Of a stretch of DNA of 64,000 bases, positions 60,601 to 64,000 are shown one piece after another; the stretch's first letter is position 1; each line of letters begins with the position of its first letter. The position numbers were made by a program, and so were the translations under genes. Source of the DNA: the human T2T-CHM13v2.0 reference genome, Homo sapiens; the NCBI RefSeq assembly GCF_009914755.1, contig NC_060940.1. One strand, given 5' to 3'. Below the pieces are notes generated by a model that saw only the letters and a program-made list of their open reading frames with translations, ran no database searches and had not been told where the DNA came from.

Positions 60601-63496
60601 CGCTCCCAACAGGCTGACAGACATGAGAACGCAGCATTAGGGCCCCCAGCTTTCAGCAGCCCTGGAGGAAGCACCCCTCTAGCTGGGTCACTCCGAACGC
60701 CAACCTCAGGCAGCCCGGCCTGTGGTCCTGAGTGAAATGACAGGGTGCCTGGCCCCCGTCTCTGCCCTAGGTTTACTTACTCAGCATTCTCAGGGCACAT
60801 GAGCTGCAGGGAGAGGTACCAGTTGTCTGTCTCTGGGTAGGGGATGATGAGGTTGGCCCTGCGAGACCAGGCGCTCAGAGACAAAGGGTAGCCCTGGAAG
60901 AAGGCTGCAGGGGAGCCAGAGGGCCCCATCAGAGGAGGCCGGGGCGGGGGGCTGGCCGGGGCCACGCTGACGGTGACGCCTGCCCATCATACCTGTGGTG
61001 CAGTTGAGCGAAGTATTGAAGCCAAGGAAGGGCGAGGCAGCATTCACGCAGGCCACTACGACGGTCTCGTTCCGCATCTCTGTCTGGAAAGGGAGGCGGT
61101 GCCGGCTCAGCTCCAGCAGCCCCTGGCCGCAGTGGGGTCATCTGCCCCACGTGCCAGCTCAGCCTGGTGCTGGTGCCTTTCTTTTTTTTTTTTTTTCTGA
61201 GATGGAGTCTTGCTCTGTCGCCCAGGCTGGAGGGCAGTGCCGCGATCTCGGCTCACTGCAACCTCCGCCCCTGGGTTCATGCCATTCTCCCGCCTCAGCC
61301 TCCCGAGTAGCTGGGACTACAGGCGCCCGCCACCACGCCCGGCTAATTTTTGTATTTTCAGTAGAGACGGGGTTTCACCGTGTTAGCCAGGATGGTCCCA
61401 ATCTCCTGACCTCGTGATCCACCCTCCTCGGCCTCCCAAAGTGCTGGGATTACAGGCGTGAGCCACCGCGCCCGGCCGGTGCTGGTGCCTTTCTCTGAGA
61501 CTCCTGCAGGCCCACGGTGCACCGGGACCTTCCTCCCCGGGCCCTGGGACATCCTGCCTCCACCCCACCTCTGACCCGAGCTACCCCACAGCCCCGGGGC
61601 CTGTTGACAGGAACAAGGCTGCCCAGCAGGGGAGGCCCCCCAACATGGGCCCCTGTCTTGGCCCGTGCCTGCTGGTGTCACTGTGCCGCCTGTCCCGTGC
61701 CAAGGTAAATGAGGAGGCGCTGCAGGGGTTGCCCGGCGCCCTGCCCGAGCCCAGGCCACAGGCCGCTTGCAGACAGCAGGTACCTTGTTGGCCCGCAGGG
61801 AGATGGTGAGGGAACCCCCGCTGTCCATGCCGGTGTTCAGGCGCAGCCGCATCACGGAGGGCGTGTCCGAACACACCCTCACCGAGACCCTGTCCAGGGG
61901 CTGGAAGTGCACCGACACCACGTCCATGTCCTCCCGCGTGACTGGGTAGTTTGTGAGGCAGAAGGGGCTGCGGTCCACCCTGCCACTCCTGCCCAGGTCC
62001 TGGTGGTCGGGGCTCGGGGACAGCAGACCAGAGGAGGCATTGAAGCTCTGGTTTTGGCTGCTCTGCAGAAGGGGCTGGATGGTCACGCTCCGTGGCCTGC
62101 AAGCTGCCGAGAGGACAAGGGGTTTGGCTGGAGGAAAGTCTGGGGATCTGGGGAGGGGCAGGGCCATCCCTCCAGCCCTTGTGCGGCCCACCTGTGAGGG
62201 CAGCTACAGCACTGAAAGCCACTGTCCCGAGGGGCCCCACCAGGCTCTCAGCTGTCACTTGCAGCCACCGGTCCCAGGGCGGTGAGGGCAGCAGCAGGCG
62301 GCAGGGCCAGGGGGCACCGGTGCAGGTGAGCACCTTCTGGAAGTTGCTAGGCAGGGTGACCGGGCCCACGGTGAGACGCACGGGGCAGCCCAGGCTCCCA
62401 TTGGACACGCAGTCCCGCAGCTCCAGCAGAAGCTCCCGCGTGTAATCGGGGACAAAGACCCTGCAGCGAGGGGACACAGCTGGCTCAGGCTCTGCCATTC
62501 CTCAGCCCAGGGACGCAGCGTGCCCAGGCTCTGCTGTTCCTCAGCCCACTCTGGTGGGGGCCAGGCATCTGGACCACTTCCCAGCCCAACCCCAGGACTC
62601 AGGGCCAGGCTCTCGCACCCACTCCACCGAATCTGAGAAGGGGCCGGAGGGCAGAGCCGGGCTGCCCCCCAGGCCCCCGCTCACTTGAGGTAGCTGGGAT
62701 GGGAGAGGAGGGTCTGAGGAAGGGGCACGTCCGGCTCCATGATGGAAATCTCGACCACCCGCGTGACCAGCAGTTCAGGCTGGAAGACGTAGGCACAGGT
62801 GGGAGCCAAGCCCTAGGGAAAGAACAGGTGTGGGCGGGGGCGGTGTCAGAGAATGCAGGTGTGAGGGCATGGTCTCACCAGACGCCCCCGGCATGCAGGG
62901 AGCAGGGCTGGCCCCAGAGTGCAGCGTGGAGCCTAGAGCGAGGACCACCCCAAAGAGGTGAACGGCAGGGACAGGCCATCGCCGCAAGGTTCTCTGCCTC
63001 CATCCCGGAGGGCAGCCCCCCTCACCTTCAACTCGATCTTCTGGGATGAGGGGGGCAGGTGGGCGGCCACGAACCAGTCCCCGGGGGCCGGGTGGGAAAC
63101 GTTGACGGAGGCATTGCTTCTCGGTGTGGTGCTCAGCGGCACCCCGACCTGGAAGGAGGGCTGTACCGCGGTGTCGTCCGGGAAGCTGGTGCCCAGCGGG
63201 TTGATGACCGGAGGGGCGCCGGAACGGAAGTGCCTGGAGACGGGAGAGCAGCACCGGGTTCAGGCACAGGGCTTGGCCAGGCGCGGGAGGGTGGGCAGGC
63301 GGGCGGGCAGCCACCTACACGGTGATCTCCGCGTCGGTGCAGGCAGCGCCGCTCTCCCGGGAGACCTGCAGGAGCCAGCGTAGAAGCACAGCATCTGGGG
63401 GCACGCGGAAGCGGAAGAGCCTGGCACTGCCGTACCAGCTGTAGAAGGACAGCCTCTGCGGGGCCTGCGAGAAGTGCTCGGACACCAGCCCCACCT
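57635..63496 (-). CDS. PGAP6: PGAP6/TMEM8A (GPI-specific phospholipase A2, CREST family), exons 2-13: 63496-63319, 63233-63026, 62812-62685, 62460-62192, 62103-61784, 61083-60993, 60904-60781, 60540-60404, 60047-59869, 59799-59653, 58375-58259, 57931-57635
   Basis: All introns are GT-AG and exon phases chain consistently. The product has an EGF-like motif ([11 protein letters not shown]...[12 protein letters not shown]), multiple transmembrane helices, CREST SxxxH (STFYH) and HxxxH (HSIWH) motifs, and ends ...EELYAVT*. Exon 1 is outside the window. Confidence 0.96.
59205..59524 (-). mobile_element. Alu in PGAP6 intron 11 with a triplicated 5' end
   Basis: ATTACAGGTGTGAGCCACCATGCTCGGCC occurs three times at 59428-59524. 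Confidence 0.8.
61178..61477 (-). mobile_element. AluY-like element in PGAP6 intron 6
   Basis: Alu consensus, flanked by the direct repeat GGTGCTGGTGCCTTT (target-site duplication). Confidence 0.9.
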
Positions 63497-63787
63497 CTGT
63501 GAGGAGAAGGAGGTGTCAGCCAGGCCGGGACCCTCCTCCAGGGCCGCAGATGGGGAGGACGAGTCCCCCAGATGGAAAGGGCTGGAAGCCCCCGGGGACC
63601 CACCTGGAGATCTTGGCACACCAACTCTGACCTTGGCAAAGGTCACCGACACCCTCTGGCCCCTCAGCCAGATCCTCTGCTGTCCCTCCCCAGATGGCCT
63701 ACATCCCACCCTCCTGGCATCTGGGTCTTTTCACAGCTGCCGCCTCACTGCAGCAGCTTCCAAACAAGCCGCAGGGTACCTCAGCAG

Positions 63788-63995
63788 CCATCGCCACCCT
63801 GACTGCCATCGCCACCCGCACTGCCATCCCCACCCGCACTGCCATCGCCACCCTGACTGCCATCGCCACCCTGACTGCCATCGCCACCCGCACTGCCATC
63901 CCCACCCGCACTGCCATCCCCACCCACACTGCCATCGCCACCCGCACTGCCATCGCCACCCGCACTGCCATCGCCACCCGCACTGCCATCGCCAC
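63788..63995. repeat. 18-bp VNTR (GCCATCGCCACCCGCACT) in PGAP6 intron 1
   Basis: About 11.5 tandem copies. Confidence 0.95.
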
Positions 63996-64000
63996 TCTGA

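Noticed and set aside
63699-63995. (MAVRVA)n ORF
   Set aside because: Translation of the 18-bp VNTR in PGAP6 intron 1.

Overview
Human (primate) genomic DNA that I recognise as the gene-dense, GC- and Alu-rich 16p13.3 subtelomeric region. Three minus-strand genes lie in tandem: PGAP6/TMEM8A (coding exons 2-13; exon 1 lies beyond the right edge), the complete MRPL28 gene (256 aa, one GC-AG intron, large G-rich VNTR in intron 1), and the 5' part of AXIN1 (CpG-island promoter, non-coding exon 1, 959-nt exon 2, then about 31 kb of intron 2 running off the left edge). The rest is about 45 Alus, a solo LTR12C, MER44A, old L1 fragments and many minisatellites. The most interesting unexplained signal lies about 9 kb upstream of the AXIN1 promoter (45.2-46.5 kb). 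It combines an RFX X-box and CCAAT promoter-like module, a Kozak ATG, and a strong phase-0 donor that would splice in frame into the stop-free 5' part of AXIN1 exon 2, giving a +44 aa isoform. Directly next to it is a cluster of four co-oriented TCF/LEF sites with homeodomain sites, so this is a candidate Wnt-responsive alternative AXIN1 promoter. Other notable items: the circAXIN1/AXIN1-295aa architecture, a 424-bp poly(A)-signal-bearing duplication inserted into a minisatellite, a possible recursive/poison exon in the middle of intron 2, and an antisense LTR12C whose poly(A) signal has become a splice-donor hexamer. All regulatory and isoform proposals are inferences from sequence only.
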